Of a stretch of 32,000 nucleotides of DNA, positions 18,920-27,871 are shown in pieces. Numbering within the stretch: the stretch's first letter is position 1; each line of letters begins with the position of its first letter. The stretch is from Candidatus Saccharimonadota bacterium (GTDB taxonomy: Bacteria > Pseudomonadota > Gammaproteobacteria > Enterobacterales > Enterobacteriaceae), in the NCBI RefSeq assembly GCF_012562765.1, contig NZ_CP046226.1, positions 270,001 to 302,000 of the forward strand. The letters are read 5' to 3'. The position numbers were made by a program, and so were the translations under genes. A model generated the notes under the pieces. That model was not told where the DNA came from and made no database searches. It was given only the letters and a program-made list of their open reading frames with translations.

Positions 18920-19126
18920 TGATAACTATACCTATTTATACAGTTAATATTACAAATTCATAACTTTAATGTCTAGTATTTTTACTAAAAATATTAAAAA
19001 AAATATTTGTTTATAAATAAAATATTTGTTAAATATTTTTAAAATAAAAGTAAAAATTAATTATAATATTTTTTATTTTTATTAAAAATAATTATTTTAG
19101 CTAAAATAAATTAATAAATTTAAATT

Positions 19127-20386
19127 TTATGATCTTTTCATCATTTCAAAAAATTCATCATTTGTTTTAGTCATTGATAATTTATTTATAAGAAATTCCA
19201 TAGCATCAATTTCACTCATTGGATGAATAATTTTTCTTAAAATCCACATTTTTTGTAAATCTTCTTGAGAACTTAATAATTCTTCTTTTCTAGTTCCTGA
19301 TCGATTATAATCAATAGCAGGAAAAACTCTTTTTTCGGCTATTTTACGTGATAAATGTAATTCCATATTACCTGTTCCTTTAAATTCTTCATAAATTACA
19401 TCATCCATTTTAGATCCAGTATCAATTAAGGCTGTTGCTATTATAGTTAAACTACCACCTTCTTCAACATTTCTTGCAGCTCCAAAAAAACGTTTAGGTC
19501 TATGAAGAGCATTAGCATCTACACCACCTGTTAATACTTTACCTGAAGCAGGAGCAATTGTATTATAAGCTCTAGCTAAACGAGTCATTGAATCTAACAA
19601 AATTACAACATCTTTTTTATGTTCTACTAATCTTTTAGCTTTTTCAATAACCATTTCAGATACTTGAACATGTCTAGATGCAGGTTCATCGAAAGTTGAT
19701 GCAATAACTTCTCCTTTAACTAATCTTTGCATTTCAGTAACTTCTTCAGGACGTTCATCAATTAATAAAACTATTAATACACATTCTGGATGATTATAAG
19801 CTATACTTTGTGCTATGTTTTGTAATAACATAGTTTTTCCTGCTTTAGGAGGAGCTACAATTAATCCTCTTTGACCTCTTCCAATTGGTGACGCTAAATC
19901 TAAAACTCGAGCTGTCAAATCTTCTGTAGATCCGTTTCCCCTTTCCATACTTAAACGAGAATTAGTATGTAATGGAGTTAAATTTTCAAAAAGAATTTTA
20001 CTACGAGAACTTTCAGGTTTATCATAATTTACTTCATTAACTTTTAATAAAGCAAAATATCTTTCTCCTTCTTTTGGAGGTCTTATTTTACCTGAAATTG
20101 TATCTCCTGTACGTAAATTAAAACGTCTAATTTGACTTGGAGATACATATATATCATCTGGTCCTGCTAAATAGGAACTATCAGATGAACGTAAAAATCC
20201 GAAGCCATCTTGTAATATTTCTAATACTCCATCACCAAAAATATCTTCTCCAATTTTGGAATGTTGTTTTAATATAGCAAAAATAATATCTTGTTTACGC
20301 ATTCTAGCTAAATTTTCTAAATCAATTTTTTTTGCTAAATTAAGTAAGTCTGATATTAATTTATTTTTTAATACGGTAAGATTCAT
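19127..20386 (-). CDS. rho: Transcription termination factor Rho
   Basis: 419-aa ORF, the same length as E. coli Rho and nearly identical over long stretches ([36 protein letters not shown], the Walker A APPKAGKT, and the terminal [13 protein letters not shown]). Confidence 0.97.
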   Translation of the reverse strand: MNLTVLKNKLISDLLNLAKKIDLENLARMRKQDIIFAILKQHSKIGEDIFGDGVLEILQDGFGFLRSSDSSYLAGPDDIYVSPSQIRRFNLRTGDTISGKIRPPKEGERYFALLKVNEVNYDKPESSRSKILFENLTPLHTNSRLSMERGNGSTEDLTARVLDLASPIGRGQRGLIVAPPKAGKTMLLQNIAQSIAYNHPECVLIVLLIDERPEEVTEMQRLVKGEVIASTFDEPASRHVQVSEMVIEKAKRLVEHKKDVVILLDSMTRLARAYNTIAPASGKVLTGGVDANALHRPKRFFGAARNVEEGGSLTIIATALIDTGSKMDDVIYEEFKGTGNMELHLSRKIAEKRVFPAIDYNRSGTRKEELLSSQEDLQKMWILRKIIHPMSEIDAMEFLINKLSMTKTNDEFFEMMKRS

Positions 20387-20659
20387 AATGGTGAGGTCTT
20401 AATCTTGAATAAAACTGAAACATTTCTTTTGAAATGGTATTGTTAATTGATTTTATATACTATATAAATTATATTTATAAAATTTATAAAAATTTTAATA
20501 AAATAGCATATAATTATTATATAAATAATACAGTATTATGTAATTTAAAAAAATAAATACTTATGATTAAGTATCATAATTAAAACTCTCCTATAATTTA
20601 TATAAATAAAATTTTATTAAAAAATTTTATTTACTTAGTTATTTGTAAAATAAAATTTA

Positions 20660-20989
20660 TTATTTTAGATGTTTATCTAAAAATTTTATTAATTGAATTT
20701 TATTAATTGAACCAGTAGTTTTATCTACTATAATACCATTATTAAATAATATAATTGTTGGTATACTTCTAATATCATATTTCTGAGCAATATTTGGATA
20801 TTCATCAATATTTAACTTAGCAAAAAACAATTTTTTACGATACGAATTAAATATATCTTTTAAAACTAAAGAAAACATTTTACATGGATTACACCATTCA
20901 GCCCAAAAATCAACTAAAATAAAACTATTAATATTAATTTTTGTTTTAAAATTTATATCATTTAAACTAATAATAGTTGAATTATTCAT
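20660..20989 (-). CDS. trxA: Thioredoxin 1, with a variant CNPC active site
   Basis: 109-aa ORF, the same length as E. coli TrxA. ILVDFWAEWCNPCKM corresponds to E. coli ILVDFWAEWCGPCKM, and IRSIPTIILF carries the cis-Pro region. The gene is adjacent to rho, as in E. coli. Confidence 0.92.
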   Translation of the reverse strand: MNNSTIISLNDINFKTKININSFILVDFWAEWCNPCKMFSLVLKDIFNSYRKKLFFAKLNIDEYPNIAQKYDIRSIPTIILFNNGIIVDKTTGSINKIQLIKFLDKHLK

Positions 20990-21136
20990 AAAATAAATTA
21001 ATATCCTTTATTATATTATATAAAATTAAATAAAATTTTTTATAATCAATAATTTTATTTTAAAATAAATATGATGTTTGATTATATAATGAATTTAATA
21101 AATATACAAACTTAATTATACAATATTTTATATATA

Positions 21137-22327
21137 TTAAATTTTATATAAAAAATAATTAATATTTTTAAAAAAATTTTTTAATATTTTATATTTAATA
21201 ATTTTATCTTTAACATTATCTAAATATGTTATTTTTTTTTTATTCCATCTCCAATTTTTTACTAAAATGCTTATTATAGAATGTTTCCAATTATAAATAT
21301 TTTTATTTATTGACAATTTTTCATTTGTTTTAATATAAAAACATTGTCTTACTAAATCTAATTGTTGAAAATTACCTATATTTTTTAAATAAACTGTAAT
21401 TTTTTTTAACATCATACAATATGGATCTAGTCCAAATGAAATAATATTACCATTATGTAAGCATTTTTTTAAATCAATAGCTAATAATATTATATTAGGA
21501 TATTCATATAAATAACTTTCTAATAATAAAATTTTTAATATTGTTTTATATGGATATAAATCCATTTTATTATAAAAATGCCATAAAATAGATTTTAAAT
21601 ATTTATTAATAGAAATATTTTTTAATTTTCCTAAATCTAACCATTCATTTTTTATGAGTATTTTTTTTTTATATAAAAAATTGACATAATCATCATAATA
21701 TTTTTCTTTATTGATTGGAATAATATTCCATATTATAGGTTTACCAGCCATACATACAGCTGTTCTATAAAATTCATCTAATAATAAATTTTTATTAATT
21801 GTATTAATAGATGATTTCTGTACTAAAAAATTATTTTTAAGAAAATAATTTTCATCTATTAAAAAAAAATTAACTTCTACTCCTATCAAATTACACCATT
21901 GTTCTAAAAGAAGAAATTTTTTTTTTAAAAACAAACATTTTTTTTTACTTAACCATATTTTTCGAAATACCCAAATGTCAAAATCAGAATTTTTATTTTG
22001 ACAAATAGATGATATACTACCCATAGAATATATTCCTGTAATAGGATTATTATATTTGGAATATTTTTTTTTAAAAAATATACTATTAATTGTTAATAAA
22101 GATAAATATTTCTTATTAGGATAAAAATTATCTATTCCATGGGGAACATCATCTGAAATATATCCTGGAATTAACGGATGATTATAATGTAATAATATAG
22201 GTAATAAAACATATATTTTTTTAAAAACATAATTCATTGAGTTTATAGCTCGATTAATTCTTAATTGATTTAATATATTTATCCGTTTTATAATTTTTTC
22301 TATACAAAAATAAAAGTTTGTTTTCAT
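21137..22327 (-). CDS. cyaA: Class I adenylate cyclase, catalytic N-terminal domain only (C-terminal regulatory half absent)
   Basis: 396-aa ORF collinear with roughly the first 400 residues of E. coli CyaA (848 aa). Matching segments are LNQLRINRA, LLPILLHYNHPLIPGY, ITGIYSMGS, NSDFDIWV, GVEVNFFLIDENYF, LLLDEFYRTAVCMAGK, NEWLDLG, PYKTILKILLLESY and SFGLDPYCMMLKK. Only 147 nt separate its stop from trxA. Confidence 0.85.
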   Translation of the reverse strand: MKTNFYFCIEKIIKRINILNQLRINRAINSMNYVFKKIYVLLPILLHYNHPLIPGYISDDVPHGIDNFYPNKKYLSLLTINSIFFKKKYSKYNNPITGIYSMGSISSICQNKNSDFDIWVFRKIWLSKKKCLFLKKKFLLLEQWCNLIGVEVNFFLIDENYFLKNNFLVQKSSINTINKNLLLDEFYRTAVCMAGKPIIWNIIPINKEKYYDDYVNFLYKKKILIKNEWLDLGKLKNISINKYLKSILWHFYNKMDLYPYKTILKILLLESYLYEYPNIILLAIDLKKCLHNGNIISFGLDPYCMMLKKITVYLKNIGNFQQLDLVRQCFYIKTNEKLSINKNIYNWKHSIISILVKNWRWNKKKITYLDNVKDKIIKYKILKNFFKNINYFLYKI

Positions 22328-22704
22328 AATATTATTTATAGTAAATAAAAGATTATTAATTATATTAAATATTTATTAATTTATATATAATAAATTTTAT
22401 TGTGAAAAATATATTTTAATTATATTTAAATTTTTATAAATTTATTGTATAAATATCTTTTATAATAAATTAACCTTAGATTTTTAAATAAAATTTTATA
22501 TAAAAAATTCTAAAATAAAAGTTAACATAATTTTTTTAGATATATTATTAAATAAAAAATAAATATATTAAATAAATATAAAATAAAATATCATAAATAA
22601 ATTTATTTATTTAGGTAAATAATTTTTAAAATATTTTAAAATAAATTTTATTTAATTTTAAAACTTAATCATTCAAAATAATTTAAATTTATATTGGAAT
22701 AAAT

Positions 22705-23157
22705 ATGAAAAAAAAAAATAAGATTTTATCTTCTTTAAATATTTTATCTATTGCAGGAGTATCTCCATATGTAATTAAACCAAAAGAAGAATACATGAAT
22801 AAAAAACAATTATTACATTTTAAAAAAATATTACAATCTTGGCGTGAACAATTAATAAATAAAGGTAATTATACTATTTCTTATATACAAGATGAAGCAT
22901 CAAAATTTCCTGATCCAATAGATAGAGCAACACAAGAAGAAGAATTTAATTTTGAATTAAGAAATAAAGATAGAGAAAGAAAATTAATAAAACAAATTGA
23001 AATAACTTTAATGAAAATTGAAAAAAATAATTTTGGTTATTGTCAATCTTGTGATATAGAAATTGGTTTAAAAAGATTAGAAGCTCGTCCTACTGCAAAT
23101 TTATGTATTGATTGTAAAACATTAGCTGAAATTCGCGAAAAACAAATAGCAGGATAA
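22705..23157 (+). CDS. dksA: RNA polymerase-binding transcription factor DksA
   Basis: 150-aa ORF with [13 protein letters not shown], the coiled-coil tip [29 protein letters not shown], the zinc finger [25 protein letters not shown], and the terminal [11 protein letters not shown]. It is nearly collinear with E. coli DksA (151 aa). Confidence 0.95.
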   Translation: MKKKNKILSSLNILSIAGVSPYVIKPKEEYMNKKQLLHFKKILQSWREQLINKGNYTISYIQDEASKFPDPIDRATQEEEFNFELRNKDRERKLIKQIEITLMKIEKNNFGYCQSCDIEIGLKRLEARPTANLCIDCKTLAEIREKQIAG

Positions 23158-23158
23158 A

Positions 23159-23196
23159 AAATAATTTATAGATATAATATAATCTATAAATTATTT
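23159..23196. terminator. Perfect 15-bp inverted repeat (8-nt loop) between convergent dksA and yadH; candidate bidirectional intrinsic terminator
   Basis: aaataatttatagat (23159-23173), loop ataatata, atctataaattattt (23182-23196). The arms are exact reverse complements. The repeat starts 2 nt after the dksA stop. T-rich sequence flanks it on both transcript senses. Only one G-C pair is present in the stem. Confidence 0.45.
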
Positions 23197-23236
23197 ATTT
23201 AAATTTTATATTAAATAATATTTATTAATAAATTTT

Positions 23237-24007
23237 TTAAAAAAATATTTCTTTTCCATTTTTTATAAAAAACCAAGATAATGAATATAAGATAATTATA
23301 CCAAATATTAAAATTAAAATAGTAATAAATAAAGAATTATAATTAATACCTAAGAAACTATAACGAAATCCAGAAACAATATAGAAAATTGGATTAATTT
23401 TTAATATTTTTTTCCAAAAAGATGGTAATAAAGAGGTTGAATAAAAAACACCTCCTAAATAAGTTAAAGGAGTTAAAAAAAAAGTAGGAATTAAACTTAT
23501 ATCATCAAAATCTTTAGCAAAAATAGCATTTAATAAACCAGCTAAAGAAAATAATATAGCAGTTAAAATAGTTATTATAATAAAAAAAAACCAAGAATAT
23601 ATATATAAAGGTATAAAAAATGTTGATATTAAAGTAATTAATATACAAATAATAATACTACGTGCTATTCCTCCTCCAATATAACCAATAATAATAATAT
23701 GAATTGGTACAGGAGCAATTAATAATTCTTCTATATTACGTTGATATTTGGATCTAAAAAATGATGAAGCAACATTTGAATATGCATTATTAATAATGTT
23801 CATCATAATTAATCCTGGTATTATGAATTGTATATAACTAAATCCTAGAATATTATTTATTTGCGATCCAATAATATTACCAAATATTATAAAATATAAT
23901 GTTATAGTTATAATAGGAGGTATTATAGTTTGTATCCAAATACGAATAAAACGATCTATTTCTTTTTTCCATATAGTTTTTAATGCAATTAAATAACAAT
24001 TTATCAT
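23237..24007 (-). CDS. yadH: ABC-2 type transporter permease YadH
   Basis: 256-aa polytopic ORF collinear with E. coli YadH (WKKEIDRFIRIWIQTIIPPIITITLYFIIFGN, NVASSFFRSKYQRNIEELLIAPVP, FAKDFDDISLIPTFFLTPLTYLGGVFYS). It lies downstream of yadG, as in E. coli. Confidence 0.88.
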   Translation of the reverse strand: MINCYLIALKTIWKKEIDRFIRIWIQTIIPPIITITLYFIIFGNIIGSQINNILGFSYIQFIIPGLIMMNIINNAYSNVASSFFRSKYQRNIEELLIAPVPIHIIIIGYIGGGIARSIIICILITLISTFFIPLYIYSWFFFIIITILTAILFSLAGLLNAIFAKDFDDISLIPTFFLTPLTYLGGVFYSTSLLPSFWKKILKINPIFYIVSGFRYSFLGINYNSLFITILILIFGIIILYSLSWFFIKNGKEIFF

Positions 24008-24028
24008 AATATATCCTTATAATTTTAT

Positions 24029-24943
24029 TTAATTAATACAGTCTAAAAATAATTTTTCAAGTCTATTATATTTATTATTAATACTTATAATTCTAATATT
24101 TTGTTTTGTTAATTGTTTAAAAATATCATTTAATACTTGTTCCTTAAATACTTCTATTTCTAAAGTATTTGTATCAATTACTTTATATTTAAATCCGTGA
24201 AGAATAGGAATTATTTTATTATCAGAATAATAATTTAAAATTAATATTTCGTATTTTAATTGAGATAATAATTTCTTTATAGAAAAATTTTTTATTAATA
24301 TTCCTTTATTCATAATACCTATATTACGACATAATATTTCAGCTTCTTCTAAATAATGAGTAGTTAAAATTATTGTAATACCTTTTTTATAATTTAAATC
24401 TTTTAAAAAAGACCATATATTATGTCTTAATTCAAGATCAATTCCAACTGTTGGTTCATCTAAAATTAATAATTTTGGATTATGAATAAGAGATTTTATT
24501 ATCATTAAACGTCTTTTCATTCCTCCTGATAATATTTGAGCTTTATAATTTCTTTGTTTCCATAAACTTAATTTATTAAGATATTTTTCAATTTTTATTA
24601 AAGCATTTTTTTTTCGTATACCGTAATAACCTGCTTGATTTATTAATATTTGTATAACAGTTTCAAATGGATTAAAATTAAATTCTTGAGGTACTAATCC
24701 TATTAATTTTTTAACTTGAAATGTATTTTTTATTAAATCATAATTAAATACATTAATTTTACCTGAAGATTTATTTATTAATGAACTAATAATTTTTATA
24801 ACAGTTGTTTTACCTGCACCATTAGGTCCTAATAAAGCATAAAAATCACCTTTTTTAATATTTAAATTAAAATTTTTTAATGCTTGAATTTTATTTGAAT
24901 AAATTTTAGATAAATTATTAATTTTTAACGCATATAATGACAT
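24029..24943 (-). CDS. yadG: ABC transporter ATP-binding protein YadG
   Basis: 304-aa ORF with Walker A (GPNGAGKTT), the ABC signature (LSGGMKRRL) and Walker B (LLILDEPT). Long stretches match E. coli YadG (LVPQEFNFNPFETV, ILTTHYLEEAEILCRNIGI). Confidence 0.9.
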   Translation of the reverse strand: MSLYALKINNLSKIYSNKIQALKNFNLNIKKGDFYALLGPNGAGKTTVIKIISSLINKSSGKINVFNYDLIKNTFQVKKLIGLVPQEFNFNPFETVIQILINQAGYYGIRKKNALIKIEKYLNKLSLWKQRNYKAQILSGGMKRRLMIIKSLIHNPKLLILDEPTVGIDLELRHNIWSFLKDLNYKKGITIILTTHYLEEAEILCRNIGIMNKGILIKNFSIKKLLSQLKYEILILNYYSDNKIIPILHGFKYKVIDTNTLEIEVFKEQVLNDIFKQLTKQNIRIISINNKYNRLEKLFLDCIN

Positions 24944-24989
24944 TATATTTATAACTCTTAATTAAATAACATATTAATTGAAAATTAAA

Positions 24990-25030
24990 AACGATATGTT
25001 ATATTTTATATATAATAAACATATCGTTTA
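24990..25030. terminator. 12-bp inverted repeat downstream of sodA; candidate terminator
   Basis: aaacgatatgtt (24990-25001) and aacatatcgttt (25019-25030) are exact reverse complements separated by a 17-nt loop. The arms carry the only C/G cluster in this spacer. On the minus strand the hairpin is followed by tttaatttt. Confidence 0.35.
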
Positions 25031-25046
25031 TAAAAAAATTATAAAA

Positions 25047-25673
25047 TTATATTTCTTCTTTTAAAAATAAATTTTGTACTTTATCCCAATTTAATACATT
25101 CCAAAAAGCTTTAACATACAAAGATCTTTGATTTTGATATTTTAAATAATATGCATGTTCCCATAAATCTAAAGCTATAATAGGATATCCAAAAAATCCA
25201 TTAATATTTTTACCCATTAATGGGTGATATTGATTTTTAGTAGTAACTATACTTAAAATATTATTTTTTTTTATCAACCAAATCCACCCTGATCCAAAAA
25301 AATTGACAGCTATATTTTCAAAATTTTTTTGAAATTTTTTAAAACTACCAAATGATTTTACTATAGCATTTTTTATTATATCGTTAGGTTGAGTATTTTT
25401 TTTTAAAATTTTCCAAAAAAAACTATGATTTGCATGACCTCCTGCATTATTACGTAAAAAATTTCTTTGTATAGTTGATAATGGTATGATATCTATCATA
25501 GATAATAATTCATTTATTGAAATATCTTTTATATCAATTTTATCAAGAATTAAATTAGTATTATTTACATAATTTTGATGATGTTTTGTATGATGAATTT
25601 CCATTGTTTCTTTATCAAAGAACGGTTCTAACGCAGAATAATTATATGATAAAGACGGTAATTTATAAACCAT
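25047..25673 (-). CDS. sodA: Superoxide dismutase (Mn type)
   Basis: 208-aa [47 protein letters not shown] and DLWEHAYYL include the metal-ligand positions. It is collinear with E. coli SodA (206 aa). Confidence 0.93.
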   Translation of the reverse strand: MVYKLPSLSYNYSALEPFFDKETMEIHHTKHHQNYVNNTNLILDKIDIKDISINELLSMIDIIPLSTIQRNFLRNNAGGHANHSFFWKILKKNTQPNDIIKNAIVKSFGSFKKFQKNFENIAVNFFGSGWIWLIKKNNILSIVTTKNQYHPLMGKNINGFFGYPIIALDLWEHAYYLKYQNQRSLYVKAFWNVLNWDKVQNLFLKEEI

Positions 25674-25702
25674 ATAAATAATTCCTTTATAAAATGTATT
25701 AT

Positions 25703-26530
25703 TTAAAAATTATTATTATTATTTTTTAATTTTTTTAAAATTAATCTAGTATTAGGCATAACTCCATGCCATAAAAAAAAAGAATAAGCCGCTTGTTCTA
25801 TTAACATACCTATACCATCAGATATTTTTTTTGCTCCATGGTATAAACACCAATCTAAAAATGGTGTGATTTTAGAACTATAAAATAAATCATAACAAAA
25901 AATATTAGAATGAATAATACTAGAAGAAATATTTGGAATTACACCTTTAATACTACTAGAAGTTGCATTTATAATTAAATCATAATTTATTTTTTTATTA
26001 TTAATATCTTCTATTTTTAAGATATTAATATTTTTTTTATAATTAAAATATTTTAAAAGATTACAAGAATTTTCATAAGTACGATTAATTATTGTAATTT
26101 TACAACCAAAATTAATAAGAGGATATATAATTCCTTGAGCCGCTCCTCCGGCACCTATTAATAATATATTACTATTTTTATAAATAAAATTAATTCTTTT
26201 TAAATCTTTTAATAAACCAATTCCATCAGTATTATCTCCTAATATTTGATTATTTTTGGTAATTTTTAATGTATTAACTACACCACTATTTATTCCTCTT
26301 TGTGTTAAAAAATCACATATATTATATGCATTTTTTTTAAATGGAACAGTAATATTAGCTCCTAAACCACCATGTTTAAAAAAATGATTAATTACATTAT
26401 TAAATTTATTAATTGGAACATATATTTTTTCATATTGTTGAATTATATTTAACTGTTCAGCAAATAATTTATGTATTATAGGAGACTTACTATGTTTTAT
26501 AGGATTTCCAAAAACAGCAAATATTTTCAT
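25703..26530 (-). CDS. aroE: Shikimate dehydrogenase
   Basis: 275-aa ORF with [39 protein letters not shown] and GAGGAAQG motifs collinear with E. coli AroE. It is adjacent to tsaC, as in E. coli. Confidence 0.92.
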   Translation of the reverse strand: MKIFAVFGNPIKHSKSPIIHKLFAEQLNIIQQYEKIYVPINKFNNVINHFFKHGGLGANITVPFKKNAYNICDFLTQRGINSGVVNTLKITKNNQILGDNTDGIGLLKDLKRINFIYKNSNILLIGAGGAAQGIIYPLINFGCKITIINRTYENSCNLLKYFNYKKNINILKIEDINNKKINYDLIINATSSSIKGVIPNISSSIIHSNIFCYDLFYSSKITPFLDWCLYHGAKKISDGIGMLIEQAAYSFFLWHGVMPNTRLILKKLKNNNNNF

Positions 26531-26548
26531 TTTTATATAACTTCTTTT

Positions 26549-27103
26549 TTACGATCCTTTACGAATAATTTTATTTGTTAAACTATCTCTAATTTCAGAT
26601 GGTTTTTTATATCCACCAGTAGTACCATTTAAAATTAATATTTTTTTATTAAAATGATAGTTAATTTCGTGAGAATATAAACATGGTTTATATCCTGTTA
26701 TATTTGCACTAGTAGAAACAATTGGTTTACCATAAAAATTACATAATTTATTAATAGGATAATAATTAGTTATACGAATAGCTATCGAATTAAAATTTCC
26801 AGTTAACCAATAAGGAGTATTTAACGATACAGGTATAGTCCATGTTATAAATTTTGAACATGATGATAAAATCATATTAATTTGTTTTAAAGATAATTTA
26901 GTTTCGTCTATATAAGATAATATTTGTTTATAATTTGAAGCTATTAAAATTAATCCTTTATTAATATTTCTTTTTTTAATAGATAATAATTTATATACTG
27001 CATTTTTATTATCAGGATCACATCCTAATCCAAATACAGATTCAGTAGGATATGCAATTATTTTACCTGATTGTAACGCATTAATGAATATATTAAAATT
27101 CAT
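26549..27103 (-). CDS. tsaC: Threonylcarbamoyl-AMP synthase TsaC (YrdC/RimN)
   Basis: 184-aa ORF with IAYPTESVFGLGCDPDN, KGLILIASNY, STSANITG and PSEIRDSLT segments matching E. coli TsaC. Confidence 0.9.
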   Translation of the reverse strand: MNFNIFINALQSGKIIAYPTESVFGLGCDPDNKNAVYKLLSIKKRNINKGLILIASNYKQILSYIDETKLSLKQINMILSSCSKFITWTIPVSLNTPYWLTGNFNSIAIRITNYYPINKLCNFYGKPIVSTSANITGYKPCLYSHEINYHFNKKILILNGTTGGYKKPSEIRDSLTNKIIRKGS

Positions 27104-27322
27104 AATTTAATTAAATTTATAAACTATAATTATTAATTGTATATAATTTTATTTTATCATATAATTATCTTTTAATAAAAAACATATTTTTAAAATAGGT
27201 AAAATAAATAAAAAAAATAATTTATTATTTTATAATAAATAATATAATATATATATTATAAATAAAATATTTAATTTAAAATAAAATAATAATAATTAAA
27301 TAATTTTTTATATAAAATTAAT

Positions 27323-27856
27323 ATGACAATATTAAAATTATTATATTTTCCAAATGATGAATTACGTTTTATAGCTAAACCTGTAAAAAAAATAAATAAT
27401 GAAATAAAATTATTAATTAATAATATGACTCAAATTATGTATAAAAAAGGAGGAATAGGTTTAGCTGCAACACAAATAGGAATACATAAACGTATTATAA
27501 TAATAGATTTATCAAATAAAAAAAATAATCCTTTAATTTTTATTAATCCAAAATTAACTATATTAAATAAAATTAAAATTCTTAATGAAGAAGGGTGTTT
27601 ATCTATTCCTAAACAAAAATATTCTATTTTTAGATATAAAACAATAAAAGTTCAGGCAAAAAATTTAGTTAATGAAATTTTTGAAATAGAAGCTAATAAT
27701 TTACTTTCTTATTGTTTACAACATGAAATTGATCATTTAAATGGAATTTTATTCATTGATTATTTATCAAATTTAAAATATCAAAGAATTTATCAAAAAA
27801 TGGAAAAAATATATCAAAAAAAAATACGTTATAAAAAAAATAAAATTATATGTTAA
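27323..27856 (+). CDS. def: Peptide deformylase
   Basis: 177-aa ORF with the three deformylase motifs GIGLAATQ, EGCLSIP and QHEIDHL. Confidence 0.93.
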   Translation: MTILKLLYFPNDELRFIAKPVKKINNEIKLLINNMTQIMYKKGGIGLAATQIGIHKRIIIIDLSNKKNNPLIFINPKLTILNKIKILNEEGCLSIPKQKYSIFRYKTIKVQAKNLVNEIFEIEANNLLSYCLQHEIDHLNGILFIDYLSNLKYQRIYQKMEKIYQKKIRYKKNKIIC

Positions 27857-27871
27857 TTTTAATTTAAAAAA

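Noticed and set aside
19000-19030. 12-nt direct repeat aaaatatttgtt (19000-19011 and 19019-19030) between rho and the tRNA operon
   Set aside because: It is a short, A/T-rich pair of copies. This is compatible with chance or with a UP-element-like A/T tract, and no further copies or structure are present.
19093-19108. 16-nt palindrome tattttagctaaaata just downstream of the rho stop, a possible terminator
   Set aside because: The stem is only about 7 A-U pairs around an agct loop. That is too weak, and too likely by chance in this composition, to call.
20390-20445. Plus-strand SD-like GGTGAGGT followed by TTG and a 13-codon mini-ORF, opposite the rho start region
   Set aside because: The G-rich motif is simply the complement of the C-rich rho leader next to its ATG. 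The mini-ORF is tiny, starts at TTG and has no support.
22401-22405. TGTGA pentamer (a CRP half-site) about 75 nt upstream of cyaA, reminiscent of cAMP-CRP autoregulation of E. coli cyaA
   Set aside because: The second half-site (TCACA after 6 nt) is absent; the sequence there is tattt. A single pentamer in 377 bp is expected by chance often enough, even in this composition. No crp gene is visible in the window.
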